From: Planctomycetota bacterium
Lineage (GTDB): Bacteria; Planctomycetota; Phycisphaerae; WQYP01
Reading direction: 5' to 3'
Length of the DNA: 64,000 nt
Assembly (NCBI GenBank): GCA_021818445.1
Contig: JAKAEB010000001.1
Location: forward strand, 16,664-80,663
Part shown: positions 1 to 9,851 of the stretch, piece after piece
Position numbering within the stretch: position 1 is the first letter of the stretch
Layout: every line of letters begins with the position of its first letter
The notes under the pieces: generated by a model
Databases searched by the model: none
Seen by the model: only the letters and a program-made list of their open reading frames with translations
Told to the model about the DNA's origin: nothing
Translations under genes and position numbers: made by a program

Positions 1-833
1 GCCACCACGATCAATTCCGGCGATCCGACGATCGGTGTTAGAAAAAGAGCTTGGATGGCTTCACGCACCCCCAACCCGCCCGGCAGCAAGCTGAACATTC
101 CAAGACTTACGGACAGGGCAAACGCCCCGACCAAATCGGGATAGGCTCGCCACGAGATAGTGTGGATGCTGTGCACACTGGCCCAAAGTGCGACACCGCC
201 AAAAAACCACACCGGCATGAACATGCCGACGGCCGAGAGCATATGACGGAAGCGAAATCGTCTGCCTGGTGGAATTGGCCCGCGCTTCATCGACTTGAGT
301 GCCGTATTGATCATGAAAAAAAAGATTTTCGGATGGAACGCTGTAAGCAGTGCCGCAATCGCCACACCCACCAACACCAGATACAGCGGATGATCGCGTG
401 CATCCACCAGCAGCGCAATAGCGCCGACCAGCGCACCCGATAGCGTATACATGGCATTTTCAAGTAATGTAGAAAGCACACAAAGTTCGCGGGCCATACC
501 GGCCCGATGCGTCCGGTCAATACGCATCAACACCAGAAAAACCTTGCCCGGCGCGTATTTACCGGCTTGGCTGAAGGTGTATGCCGCCAGCAATGGAATC
601 TTTGGCGATCGGTCGCCCATTCGTCTTGCCAGCCACAGCCAGGTCAGACTGTTGGTGACCATGATGCCGATGAAACTCAGGGGGATCAACGGTATGTAGC
701 GCCAATCGATATCGACGGGCTTGGAACCAGCCTTGTGCCAGGCGTCCAGCAGTTTGTCGCCGACGAAACCGAACACCAGCACCATAACCAGCAATTTAAT
801 GACAAAAATGATTTGAGCTTTGGTAAGCTTCAT
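1..833 (-). CDS. Flippase-like domain membrane protein (lysylphosphatidylglycerol-synthase TM region / UPF0104 family), C-terminus cut by window edge
   Basis: Minus-strand ORF absent from track because it runs off coordinate 1. Start ATG at 833..831. Translation MKLTKAQIIFVIKLLVMVLVFGFVGDKLLDAWHKAGSKPVDIDWRYIPLIPLSFIGIMVTNSLTWLWLARRMGD... ends ...SLLPGGLGVREAIQALFLTPIVGSPELIVV. Multi-pass membrane protein carrying the conserved PGGLGVxE motif of this family. Confidence 0.5.
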   Translation of the reverse strand, partial: MKLTKAQIIFVIKLLVMVLVFGFVGDKLLDAWHKAGSKPVDIDWRYIPLIPLSFIGIMVTNSLTWLWLARRMGDRSPKIPLLAAYTFSQAGKYAPGKVFLVLMRIDRTHRAGMARELCVLSTLLENAMYTLSGALVGAIALLVDARDHPLYLVLVGVAIAALLTAFHPKIFFFMINTALKSMKRGPIPPGRRFRFRHMLSAVGMFMPVWFFGGVALWASVHSIHTISWRAYPDLVGAFALSVSLGMFSLLPGGLGVREAIQALFLTPIVGSPELIVV

Positions 834-1433
834 TCAACTCTTTTCATATTTTCGGGTTTCGCTTTTTGAGCGATACATCCACGGGTCACCGTGACACCGT
901 CCACCGGTCAGGACCCGTCACCCGATTCATACCCCCGATGATTTCACCCTATTGTGCTCGAATCAGGGCTAATTGGAAACACCTCTCGAAGAAGAACGCG
1001 TACTGCTCGGGACCATTGCACGCCAGCCGCACGTACTCGCCAGTGAGTGGAAAAAAATTTGCGCCGCAGGATGGTCTCATAGACCGTCGATGCGGGCGAC
1101 TTTGCAATTCTTCCTGCTGACAACCTGTCCTGCACATGGCTCTCCACTGCAGGCCAGAATTACGCCCACTTCATCGGTGCAGCGATTCCGGGCGGGGCTG
1201 CCATGGACGCCTCGGGGGTAACGGATGTTTAGCACTCAAACGCTTCTCCTCCCGCCTTATCCCCAGCATGCTGCTCCAAACCCAATGGATTGTCCGGCAC
1301 GGCCCGCTGGCAGCGAAACACCAACAGTCATTCACTTTGCACCCAGGGCTAGCGGCAAAAGTTGGCACGCTGGCATACCATGCCGTCCGCCGTATATTAT
1401 CAGCAGTTGAAGACGACCATGCTTAAGGTCGAT

Positions 1434-1919
1434 ATGCGGAGAATATTTATGGCCATCAATCGAAAATGTATTTCTGGTTTAATTGGTTTGCTTGTTGGGG
1501 TCACTTTGGCGGGTTGCAGCAGCAATCCGGCCGTGCTGCTGCCCAATCCGCGGTCGCCAATTGCCGATGTGCCCGTCCCCGATGGATTCCACATCGTGCT
1601 AAGTAAGTCCGAAAGCACCGTCGTCCCCGGCTCGGGTTTGCGAATTGTTAATGAATATTACAAAGGCTCGCCGGCCCGTCTTACCACCGCCCGTTTTTTC
1701 TTGCACAACCTGCCCAACAACGGTTGGAAACTGCGGGAAGAGACCCAAGGATCGGGCGGGATAACCGAGTTTTTCAAAAAGGGTGATGAAAATTGCACCA
1801 TAACCATCCGGCATGGCTGGTTCCATACGCATCTGTACATCGTCATAACGCCCAACCATGCCCACGGTGGTAAATCAATCGCCCCGGCATCCACCACCGC
1901 ACCCGCTGGTTCATCGTGA
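1434..1919 (+). CDS. Hypothetical lipoprotein (signal peptide with LAGC lipobox)
   Basis: Start at MRRIFMAINRKCISGLIGLLVGVTLAGCSSNP within track ORF 1362..1919. The stop overlaps the next gene (GTGA). Confidence 0.5.
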   Translation: MRRIFMAINRKCISGLIGLLVGVTLAGCSSNPAVLLPNPRSPIADVPVPDGFHIVLSKSESTVVPGSGLRIVNEYYKGSPARLTTARFFLHNLPNNGWKLREETQGSGGITEFFKKGDENCTITIRHGWFHTHLYIVITPNHAHGGKSIAPASTTAPAGSS

Positions 1920-2632
1920 ATGCTATGAACCACTCTTCACGCCCCGAACATCTGCAGGAATACATGGATGATCCGCAGGCGGATGTCGGTGAACTGGATA
2001 AGGGTTTGGCGTTTATACGGCTTGTGAATCGGCGTCTTGGTGGCACACGCAGCGTAATTTCTACCCTGCAGCCGTGGCTGGTACCGTGGCCCAAGGACCG
2101 GCCGGTGGGTATTCTTGATGTCGCCACTGGTTCTGCCGATATCCCGCTGGCCATGTTAAATATGGGGCATCAGATGGGGCTGAAGTTAAACATCACGGCA
2201 CTTGATCTCCACCCCGTCACTTTGCAGCTTGCGGCCAAACACATTGGTGGCCATCGTGGGGTGCAATTGCTTCGCGGCGACGCCATGCGTCTGCCTCTGG
2301 CGGATGGGGCGGTGGACTTTGCCACATGCAGTCTGTTTTTGCATCATCTCACCACGCCGCAGGCTCTCGCCGTGGTACGCGAAATGGTGCGTGTGACGCG
2401 GTGTGGCCTCGTGGTAAGCGACTTGGTGCGATCGCGCTGGGCGCTGGCGACCATATCTGCGATGACCATCTTTTCGCCGCGGCTCCATCGGCACGATGCG
2501 CGCGTATCGGTTGCCAAGGGGTGGAAGCGTGCCGAAATTCTTCGCATCGCCGACGAGGCAGGTGCCGATTTTGCCCGGTATCGGTCCGCACGCTATGCCC
2601 GCTTTGTTCTGGCGGGGTGCCGCAAGGCATAG
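1916..2632 (+). CDS. Class I SAM-dependent methyltransferase
   Basis: 238 aa. ILDVATGSADIPL glycine-rich SAM-binding motif and LRGDAMRLPLADGAVDFATCSLFLHHL motif II-like segment. Translationally coupled to the upstream lipoprotein. Confidence 0.6.
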   Translation: MNAMNHSSRPEHLQEYMDDPQADVGELDKGLAFIRLVNRRLGGTRSVISTLQPWLVPWPKDRPVGILDVATGSADIPLAMLNMGHQMGLKLNITALDLHPVTLQLAAKHIGGHRGVQLLRGDAMRLPLADGAVDFATCSLFLHHLTTPQALAVVREMVRVTRCGLVVSDLVRSRWALATISAMTIFSPRLHRHDARVSVAKGWKRAEILRIADEAGADFARYRSARYARFVLAGCRKA

Positions 2633-2705
2633 GGCGGACTCGGCTCGCTATTTGCCGCGTTCATTTACATGCGTGTCCACCCGCGCATGACGTAATAATG
2701 AAGTA

Positions 2706-4829
2706 TTATCTTTGGACTGGACGCGACGGCCCGCCGGAAGGGATGGTGCTCTTCCGTACGGCCTTGCTTTTAGCGGCCAGCCATTTCGCCATTTTCTGCT
2801 GGGCCGCCGCTTGGCGCAGATGACCGAGCTTTTTCAGCACTGCCGAGAGTGCCACATGAATCACCGGTGTGTCTGGTGCGACTTTTTCCGCCAATTCCAA
2901 CTGCTGAAGTGCCGCAGCGTATTGACCAAGTGTATAAAGGCACTGCGCATAGGATACGTGTCCGGGCACAAATTGCGGCGACACCTCCACCACCCGCCGG
3001 AAGTAGACGAGGGCCTTGTGTCCGTGCCCGAGTCCCACCAGTGTCATCGCCATGCGGTAATTCGCTTTGGTGTTGTGCGGCTCGATCCGCGTGGTAAGTG
3101 CAAACTGCCCGGCGGCCGCGGGAAGATTTCGCGCCATCAAGTCAAATTTACCAAGCTGATAGTGAATGGCCGCCGAATCCGGCAGCACCTCAACGCCACG
3201 GATTAAATCCTGGTACGCCATCCGCCAATCCTTATGGTCTTCGTACCATTTCACCAGTGCAAGGATCAATGTCGGTTGCTGCGGATCGACCTCCAGCGAG
3301 CGGCGATAATAAGGCATGGCTTTGGCCGGTTCGTGGTAATAGTGGTTATACATATCGCCAAGATCGGTATTCACCGTGGGGTCCTGTTTATCTGACAGCA
3401 GCCAAGCCTTGTGCAAAAGCGCCATACCCTCGTCCGGATGGTGATGTTTAATATCATAAATGGCAACGTTATCCATGGCGGCGAATGCCTGCGGGTTGTA
3501 CTTTAAATTGTGCGTCCAGAGATGTATGGATGGCAAATAGACATCAGCTTGCTTCAAAGTGACGGGTAGCAATGCCAGCACCACACATCCTGCGAGAACC
3601 GCGCCTCCAATATTCTGCCCACGTGTGGAGACCGTTCCCGCCGAGGCCTGCATCTTACGGAGAAGAAACTCGCCACATCCGACAAATAATGCAAATAGGC
3701 CGATGCAGGGGATGTATTGGTAATGGTCGGCCACAAAGGTGTACGTTTCCGTGTAGAAAGAGGCAAACCCCAGCACCGGTGAAATGGTCAGGCCGTAAAA
3801 AGCGATAGCACAAAACGGCCCGCGACCAATGCGGCGTGAAAGCGCCAGCAGCGTCAATGGAACGGCAATAGCCCCAATAATCGCCAGTAAGTCCATGCCG
3901 GAAAAATGTTGAATGTCCCAGCGGTGATAGATCGCCAACAAGGGGTGGGGCCAAAGCAATTTTGCCGGGTAAAACCATAAATCGCGTGCTGCGATAATCA
4001 GGTGCTGGGCGACGGTAAAGTGAAATCGCGATCCGGCCGCATGCACCTTTACGTGCTCAATGTAGATGGTCACCATCCCCATCGCCAAACCGACCGCAAA
4101 CCAGGGTACCAGCGACCACCCTTGATACCGCCGTACCGATCCACGCTTCCACCATGTTATCACCCACAATACCGCTGGTAGCGTGCAGGCGTCGGTCTTG
4201 GCCAGCAAAGCGAGCACAAAGGCTAAGCTGCCGGCGAAAAAATATTTCCACTCGCCCGCTGCCGTTGATTCCGGATCGTCCAGACGGGCAAAGCGTATCC
4301 ACGCCCCGGCGGCGAAGAACACAAAAAATGCTGAAAGCAGGTTTTTCTGCTCCGTCACCCAAGCCACCGTCTCCACCTGAACCGGATGAATGGCAAAAAG
4401 CGCAGCTACCAGCCATGCGCCCGGTACACGCAGCATGCGCAATATCCGCCAAAGAATCAGCGCGTCCACCATTTGCAGAATAATATTGGCGAGGTGATAC
4501 CCCAGTGGGGCAAACCCCCATAACTGATGCTCAATCCAAAATGCGGTAAATACCAGCGGGTAGTATTGAAGTGATTTGGAAGGCTCAAACCAGATGTCCC
4601 ACAATCCATGCGGCGCGGTCATCAACGGGTTGTGCACCACCCAGCCGCCATCGTCCCAGATATATCCCGCCTTGATCAGCGGTAGATATGCAACGACTGT
4701 TAGCAGGGCCAGCAGAGTGCCGGCGATCAGGTCATTTCGTCGGCTGACGGGAGGCAAATCTCGATGGGTCATAGGATGTACTTTCCACGCAATTGCGTCC
4801 GCAAGCAAGTGCACAGGTCGAATTGACAC
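2706..4829 (-). CDS. Multi-pass membrane protein with C-terminal TPR repeats (TMTC/PMT_2-like GT-C fold candidate, DUF1736-type)
   Basis: 707 aa. N-terminal YIWDDGGWVVHNP motif followed by ~10 predicted TM helices. C-terminal ~250 aa of TPR-like repeats. GGAG RBS sits ~10 nt upstream of the 4829 start. Confidence 0.6.
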   Translation of the reverse strand: MSIRPVHLLADAIAWKVHPMTHRDLPPVSRRNDLIAGTLLALLTVVAYLPLIKAGYIWDDGGWVVHNPLMTAPHGLWDIWFEPSKSLQYYPLVFTAFWIEHQLWGFAPLGYHLANIILQMVDALILWRILRMLRVPGAWLVAALFAIHPVQVETVAWVTEQKNLLSAFFVFFAAGAWIRFARLDDPESTAAGEWKYFFAGSLAFVLALLAKTDACTLPAVLWVITWWKRGSVRRYQGWSLVPWFAVGLAMGMVTIYIEHVKVHAAGSRFHFTVAQHLIIAARDLWFYPAKLLWPHPLLAIYHRWDIQHFSGMDLLAIIGAIAVPLTLLALSRRIGRGPFCAIAFYGLTISPVLGFASFYTETYTFVADHYQYIPCIGLFALFVGCGEFLLRKMQASAGTVSTRGQNIGGAVLAGCVVLALLPVTLKQADVYLPSIHLWTHNLKYNPQAFAAMDNVAIYDIKHHHPDEGMALLHKAWLLSDKQDPTVNTDLGDMYNHYYHEPAKAMPYYRRSLEVDPQQPTLILALVKWYEDHKDWRMAYQDLIRGVEVLPDSAAIHYQLGKFDLMARNLPAAAGQFALTTRIEPHNTKANYRMAMTLVGLGHGHKALVYFRRVVEVSPQFVPGHVSYAQCLYTLGQYAAALQQLELAEKVAPDTPVIHVALSAVLKKLGHLRQAAAQQKMAKWLAAKSKAVRKSTIPSGGPSRPVQR

Positions 4830-5224
4830 CCGCGCTTCTCCGAAAGCACGCGCTACCGGACATTACAACAAGGATAGAGCAAAGTTCGCCCTTCCGCACC
4901 GTTGGCTTCTACACCTCAGGAGCCTGTCCGAGGAATAACATGGGCTGCGATGGCATGGATTTTGGCGGGCATCAAGAAGCGGTGACGGGACCGTATCGGG
5001 CGATACGCCGCGGAGGCTTCGCCGCAGAGGCCAGGTGAAACACCCCCCGTCCGGAGGATGCTAAGACCCACTCGGTCGGCGGAGTATCGGTTCGCTGGCA
5101 GTCGGCAAAATCGCTGCGGCGGAAAATCCGAGGCCGCATGAAAATTGCACTGCCAGGGGATATACATATACAGCACGCGTTTGATAAACTGCGTGTTGTT
5201 CTCATCAATAGATATCCATGTAAT

Positions 5225-5461
5225 GACGTGAACTCGGGATAAGAAATTCCGTAGCTTTGTTTATTCAAGTTGTTATATTCACCGTGGCACAGACATTCCT
5301 GTCTGTGACGCTTTATTCTGCGCTAAATCACAGGCAAGAATGCCTGTGTCACCTTGGTTAACGTGAATTCTGGATAGACCTTTTCGACGGCCGCTCGCCG
5401 GCTGGTTGCTTAAAAAATCGCCAGAAATATTTGTTAACCATGACTTCTTATCCCGAACTCA
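5225..5461 (+). mobile_element. MITE-like 237-bp element, copy A (TIR TGAACTCGGGATAAGAAAT / ACTTCTTATCCCGAACTCA)
   Basis: About 90% identical to 46164..46400, same orientation. Imperfect terminal inverted repeats ~19 bp. Internal hairpins CACAGACA-ttcc-TGTCTGTG (5288..5307) and CACAGGCA-agaa-TGCCTGTG (5329..5348). Intergenic position. Confidence 0.55.
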
Positions 5462-5547
5462 GGTATTTAATGGTATACGCCAAGTACCGTACGGCTTGTG
5501 GAGGGGTGCCCAATAAACCTCGGAAGGATGGACTATCTGCCGCCCCG

Positions 5548-6183
5548 TCAATGACTGGTTGGCGATGCCATCTGAGCCAGCTTTCTATAATATTCATTGA
5601 CCAAAGCCCGATACTGTGGCAACGATTGCTTGTGCAGCGCATTAAGAATCATGCTGCGAGCGCGTGGCGGCAGATTGCCCCATTGACGCTTGTTGGAATG
5701 AAAGGGGGAAATTTGATTCGGATGCTGGCCCTGGCCCGGTGTTAAATGCGATTCATGGGCGGCGTGACTTGGAGAGTTGGTCGGGCTGTAAGGCTGCGGG
5801 CCTGTTTGGCTCATGGCCATGGATGAACTTTGCTGCTGATGCGATTTTTTCTTGCCGCTGGATGAACTCGACTGCGATTGCTCCGCTTGCGCGATGAGGG
5901 CATTGAGCGAATGAATAATTTTACGCTGAATGGTCTGTGTGAGAGCACCGGTATGGACAGTGGTGAGCCGTTCGCCACTGGATGCCATGCGTGAAAGCAT
6001 GTGTTCGATTTCAGTTCTCGCCATCGCTTGCTGCAAAGGGCCGCTGTTGGTGGCAGGGTTGGCACCATCGCCGGGCCAAGCCTCCATCTGGGCAATCCAA
6101 GGCGGCAATGTGACGCTGTGAGTAAGCGCACAGGCTGCAGATGTTGATAACGTCAAAACGGCAAGCATGATACTGGCACCCAT
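5548..6183 (-). CDS. Secreted Gln/Ser-rich low-complexity hypothetical protein
   Basis: Track ORF 5548..6261; the likely start is the signal peptide MGASIMLAVLTLSTSAACA. Central QSQSSSSSGKKKSHQQQSSS low-complexity region. Lies immediately downstream of the Bat-like operon. Confidence 0.4.
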   Translation of the reverse strand: MGASIMLAVLTLSTSAACALTHSVTLPPWIAQMEAWPGDGANPATNSGPLQQAMARTEIEHMLSRMASSGERLTTVHTGALTQTIQRKIIHSLNALIAQAEQSQSSSSSGKKKSHQQQSSSMAMSQTGPQPYSPTNSPSHAAHESHLTPGQGQHPNQISPFHSNKRQWGNLPPRARSMILNALHKQSLPQYRALVNEYYRKLAQMASPTSH

Positions 6184-6253
6184 TGCGCCGGAGCGCCGAA
6201 CGCGTGCCAGTGCCACGTGACCCCGGTCACTAAAATCATAGTTCGTCAGCATA

Positions 6254-9200
6254 TCAACCACCAGCCTTCTGCATTGATTTTACCATTTTAACCGCCTGTC
6301 GGTGAATGCGGCGCTGCTGATTTCCCAACATGCGGATTTGCATGCGAATGGCTTTGCGCCCGGTGGCCGAGGTGGTTTTGGCCAACTGGCCATTGAGTTG
6401 GTGCGTCTGCAGATTAATTTGCAGTTGCAAAATACGCAGTAATTTCAGTTGCGCTGCGGGCGGAATAAGGGGCTGTTGACCACCACCTCCACCACCGCCT
6501 CCGCCACTGGATAAATGTTTAATGTGGTTGGTCAGTGCCTCAATGACTGCATCAAGCTGGGAAATGGCCATCTGCTGATCGGCCAACAGGGCACCATCAA
6601 CTTCCGCCTGGTCAAGCCGGGTACGGGCAGCGTGCATTGATTTACCAATGCCGCGGTTCATCCACGCCAGCACCGGGGCCTTAGCACTGATTTTTTGAGT
6701 GATGGCGTCCAGCCGGTGGATCAATTGCGTTTCGCCTTTGGATTCGCCAGCAATTTGCAAAATCTGCGGTCGCGTCGGCGGATGGCCCGCCGGTATTTCC
6801 GATTGAAGTTTTTTGGAAAGGCCGTACATAACGTTCTGCTGATGGCGGATTTTGAGATACATGGCCTTGAGTCCTGACAGCGTCTGCATCTGCTGCTTGG
6901 CCCGGTCTTTATTCAATAATTTTTGTAAAATTGCCACCGCCCGTTTCAGCCAACCGATGGCCTGTGATTGATGCGGCACGGCCAGCGGTTGATTGGCATT
7001 TTCCATCTGGCCGGTGGCTCGCCCCATCTGGTGCGATGCCGCCATTAAAAAGGCATGGGCATAACCCGACGGATCGGCCCGGCGGCTTTTGCCAGCCAGT
7101 TCCGCTGCTGTGAGTTCAAATTGCGATTGCCGGTTTGCAAGCGGTGCGAGTGTCAATCGTGATGCGTTGGGCGGCTCGGCCCCCGTTGCCGCTGCCAGAA
7201 GTTTTTGATCGCGCAACAGTAATTTTACCTGCGATAATAAACTTTTAAGACGGCTGATCTGCCGCGATAGCGATCGCTTGGCCTCTTTATTGAGTTCATG
7301 AAGCATCTTTTTGAGCCCCTTGGCTGCCTGCTTCTGATTAACCGAGGCCGATTGAAGATGATTCTGCTCCGCGCTGCTGGATGCCTGTCCCATCGCACCG
7401 GGAACGGAAAACTGGGCAGACATCCGGGCCGCCGCCCTAAGAGCCGAAGCCATGTGCGGGTTGGATTTGGCCATCTGTGTCGCCGCACGGTTCAGGCGGT
7501 TGGCCAGTTGGGCCGCTCGGGATGCCAGCGCCTTTTGTGCGGCCGCAAGTGCTTGAAGCTTCTGTTGCAGCGCCTTTGACAGCTTTGAAAACGGCTTGCC
7601 CAGCGTTTGTTTGGCCACCTCACGTAGCTGCCGCTCCAACGCTTCCTGCTGAGCCAGCAGCCGGGCCGTGGCGTGCCGCAAAGCGGCAAATTCACCCGTT
7701 GCCCCCAGTTGTGCCACCAGTGCCTTCATGCGGCGAATAGCTTCGGTTTGCCGACCGGCGGCCGAACCGAGTGGCTTGCTGGCCTTTGGTGTCTGACCGG
7801 CTTTTACGTCGCGATTGGCCTGCGACAGGTGGCTTTGCGCCCGGGGCATTACATGTCGGCCAATTCTCGTCATTACCCGTCGGGCGTTGCCGATGGTTTG
7901 GCCGATGGATCGCTTGGTAAGGTTATTGCGGCGGGCAATCGCGGATAGCTTTTCAAGTTCGCGGGCGATGGCCTGGGCGCTAAGCGCGTCACGATTTTGC
8001 CGGTGTGGAGACTCGTCAAGAAGCAACTTTTGCGACGCTGTCAGGGCATGAGCAGTCTGGATCGCCCGCTGGAGCAACTGCGTCTGGTCACGAACAGCAC
8101 GCTGGTGTTTGATGAGCGACTCAATCGAGTGCCGCACCGCCCGCAGTGACCGTTGTAATTGCTGCTGAATCTGCGCCGGACTCAAAATGCTGATAACCAG
8201 CCGGGGTGAATTGACTGCGGGATGTTGGTGGGGGGGCGTTGGGCTGGAGTAGTTATCCCGCACCTGCGCCATGAGATCGATTTGATCGCCCGCCTTGAGA
8301 TGCATGGATTGCGGCGTCCACCGTACAACCGCCTTACCAACTTGCTGATGGGTAAGCGAACTGTAACGCAGCGATTGCCACGCTGCGGTTTGGCGGTACG
8401 ACGGCTTAGTCTTGCCGCCGCGGCCCCGTTGCACACCCACAACAGATAGCGCGGTCAGACCAAGGTCGTCCGAGGCGCGAATATGCAGATGGATATGCGC
8501 GTCGGGAGTTAAATCCAGTGCATAGCGCGGATGGGTAATAGCGACCTGCGGCAGGGCATCGGGCACCACTATCACTCTAAAGCGCCCGCCGCGCTGGCTA
8601 CTTAAATCGTGCTTATCGGTTACCTGTAACCGTCCGTTGAACGACGCCTGCGGTCGGTACACGATAATCACCTGATGCGATGCAGCGCCGGTGGCCGCCT
8701 TGGATGTGATGATGTGAACCGGGGCTGGGCCACCAACCACCTGGGTACCTGCAACTGCCTGATTGCTCGCCGCTGTGATCGTGACGGTTGATCCGCGGAT
8801 AACCTGCGCCCGGTGCGAGAGCAGATTTATCTGGTAACTCGGTGCCCCGTGGGCGTAGGGGGGAGGAGAAATGGTCGCCAGAACCGAGAGAATCCGCGGC
8901 CGCGGCAGAACGGTTATAGTTGTCCACGGGTTGCGGTCGTCATCGCCTGCTCTGACGCGCAGCATCAATGTGCCGGATTGCGGCAGGACCACTTTTTCAT
9001 ATTCGCGTCCCTTTGCCTTCCCTTGCCATGTCATTAATTGTGATTGGCGACCGGCATGCGCCGATTTGATTTCCAGCCAGACACGGAGGTCTTGGCTGAA
9101 GCCCCGGCTGACGCGTGCCGTGACGGTGAACGGACTGCCGCTCGGCAGAATTTTCGGTGGACCGTTTTTGCCCCAGGCAAGACGGACTAAAACGTGCAGT

Positions 9201-9808
9201 GGCCAAGGATTGGGAGCCAGCGGATCCGTCCAGCGGTGCAAACTGATGCCCGCCAGCCGTGGTGCAGAAAATACCAATCCGGCGACAATCGCCAACGCCA
9301 CGATCAACCACACGGCATAGCGACGAATAAGCCGCCAAGACAGGGCATCCCGAAGCCGGATTTGCGCTGCCGCCATTTGTGCGGCCTCCACCGCCCGCGC
9401 CGCCAAAGCGTTGCGTTCAAACAGGCCAGAATCGAGAAAATCCAGCGCCGCAGATATTTCGTCGTGAGTTAAGTGCCCGGTCTTTTCAAGATGGTGCGCC
9501 AGCATATGTCGCGGCACGCGGCGTATGGCGGGCCGAAGAACGTTCCATACCAACCCCGCAGTCACGCCCAGTAAGAATAAGATGGCCAGCACCAAACGCA
9601 GCGGCCCCGGAAAATGCAGCACATAATCCGCCGCACCCAGCACCATCAACACCGATAATGCCATTGAAAGCGTAAGCAGCAATCCCAACAGCATGAGCCG
9701 ACGGCGGATGGCCTGCGCCAAACCATTAATTTTAGATGGCAATTGCGTGCCAGGCGGTGTTTGCAGTAGTGTCATCGGCAGTTCACCAACTTGTTCTTCC
9801 CGCGGCAA
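6254..9808 (-). CDS. DUF4175-like large membrane-anchored coiled-coil protein (terminal gene of Bat-like operon)
   Basis: 1184 aa. N-terminal TM helices, then a long Ala/Gln/Arg/Leu-rich predicted coiled-coil region. Internal SSGGGGGGGGGQQP tract. Its start lies 43 bp downstream of the end of the preceding operon gene. Confidence 0.6.
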   Translation of the reverse strand: MPREEQVGELPMTLLQTPPGTQLPSKINGLAQAIRRRLMLLGLLLTLSMALSVLMVLGAADYVLHFPGPLRLVLAILFLLGVTAGLVWNVLRPAIRRVPRHMLAHHLEKTGHLTHDEISAALDFLDSGLFERNALAARAVEAAQMAAAQIRLRDALSWRLIRRYAVWLIVALAIVAGLVFSAPRLAGISLHRWTDPLAPNPWPLHVLVRLAWGKNGPPKILPSGSPFTVTARVSRGFSQDLRVWLEIKSAHAGRQSQLMTWQGKAKGREYEKVVLPQSGTLMLRVRAGDDDRNPWTTITVLPRPRILSVLATISPPPYAHGAPSYQINLLSHRAQVIRGSTVTITAASNQAVAGTQVVGGPAPVHIITSKAATGAASHQVIIVYRPQASFNGRLQVTDKHDLSSQRGGRFRVIVVPDALPQVAITHPRYALDLTPDAHIHLHIRASDDLGLTALSVVGVQRGRGGKTKPSYRQTAAWQSLRYSSLTHQQVGKAVVRWTPQSMHLKAGDQIDLMAQVRDNYSSPTPPHQHPAVNSPRLVISILSPAQIQQQLQRSLRAVRHSIESLIKHQRAVRDQTQLLQRAIQTAHALTASQKLLLDESPHRQNRDALSAQAIARELEKLSAIARRNNLTKRSIGQTIGNARRVMTRIGRHVMPRAQSHLSQANRDVKAGQTPKASKPLGSAAGRQTEAIRRMKALVAQLGATGEFAALRHATARLLAQQEALERQLREVAKQTLGKPFSKLSKALQQKLQALAAAQKALASRAAQLANRLNRAATQMAKSNPHMASALRAAARMSAQFSVPGAMGQASSSAEQNHLQSASVNQKQAAKGLKKMLHELNKEAKRSLSRQISRLKSLLSQVKLLLRDQKLLAAATGAEPPNASRLTLAPLANRQSQFELTAAELAGKSRRADPSGYAHAFLMAASHQMGRATGQMENANQPLAVPHQSQAIGWLKRAVAILQKLLNKDRAKQQMQTLSGLKAMYLKIRHQQNVMYGLSKKLQSEIPAGHPPTRPQILQIAGESKGETQLIHRLDAITQKISAKAPVLAWMNRGIGKSMHAARTRLDQAEVDGALLADQQMAISQLDAVIEALTNHIKHLSSGGGGGGGGGQQPLIPPAAQLKLLRILQLQINLQTHQLNGQLAKTTSATGRKAIRMQIRMLGNQQRRIHRQAVKMVKSMQKAGG

Positions 9809-9851
9809 CCTGCCGCAGCATTCGGTCCGGGGTAAGGGGAATGTTTGGCCA

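Noticed and set aside
5431-5745. Track ORF 5431..5745 (+) starting inside MITE copy A
   Set aside because: Begins in the element's terminal repeat and runs antisense to the Q/S-rich protein gene. No RBS.
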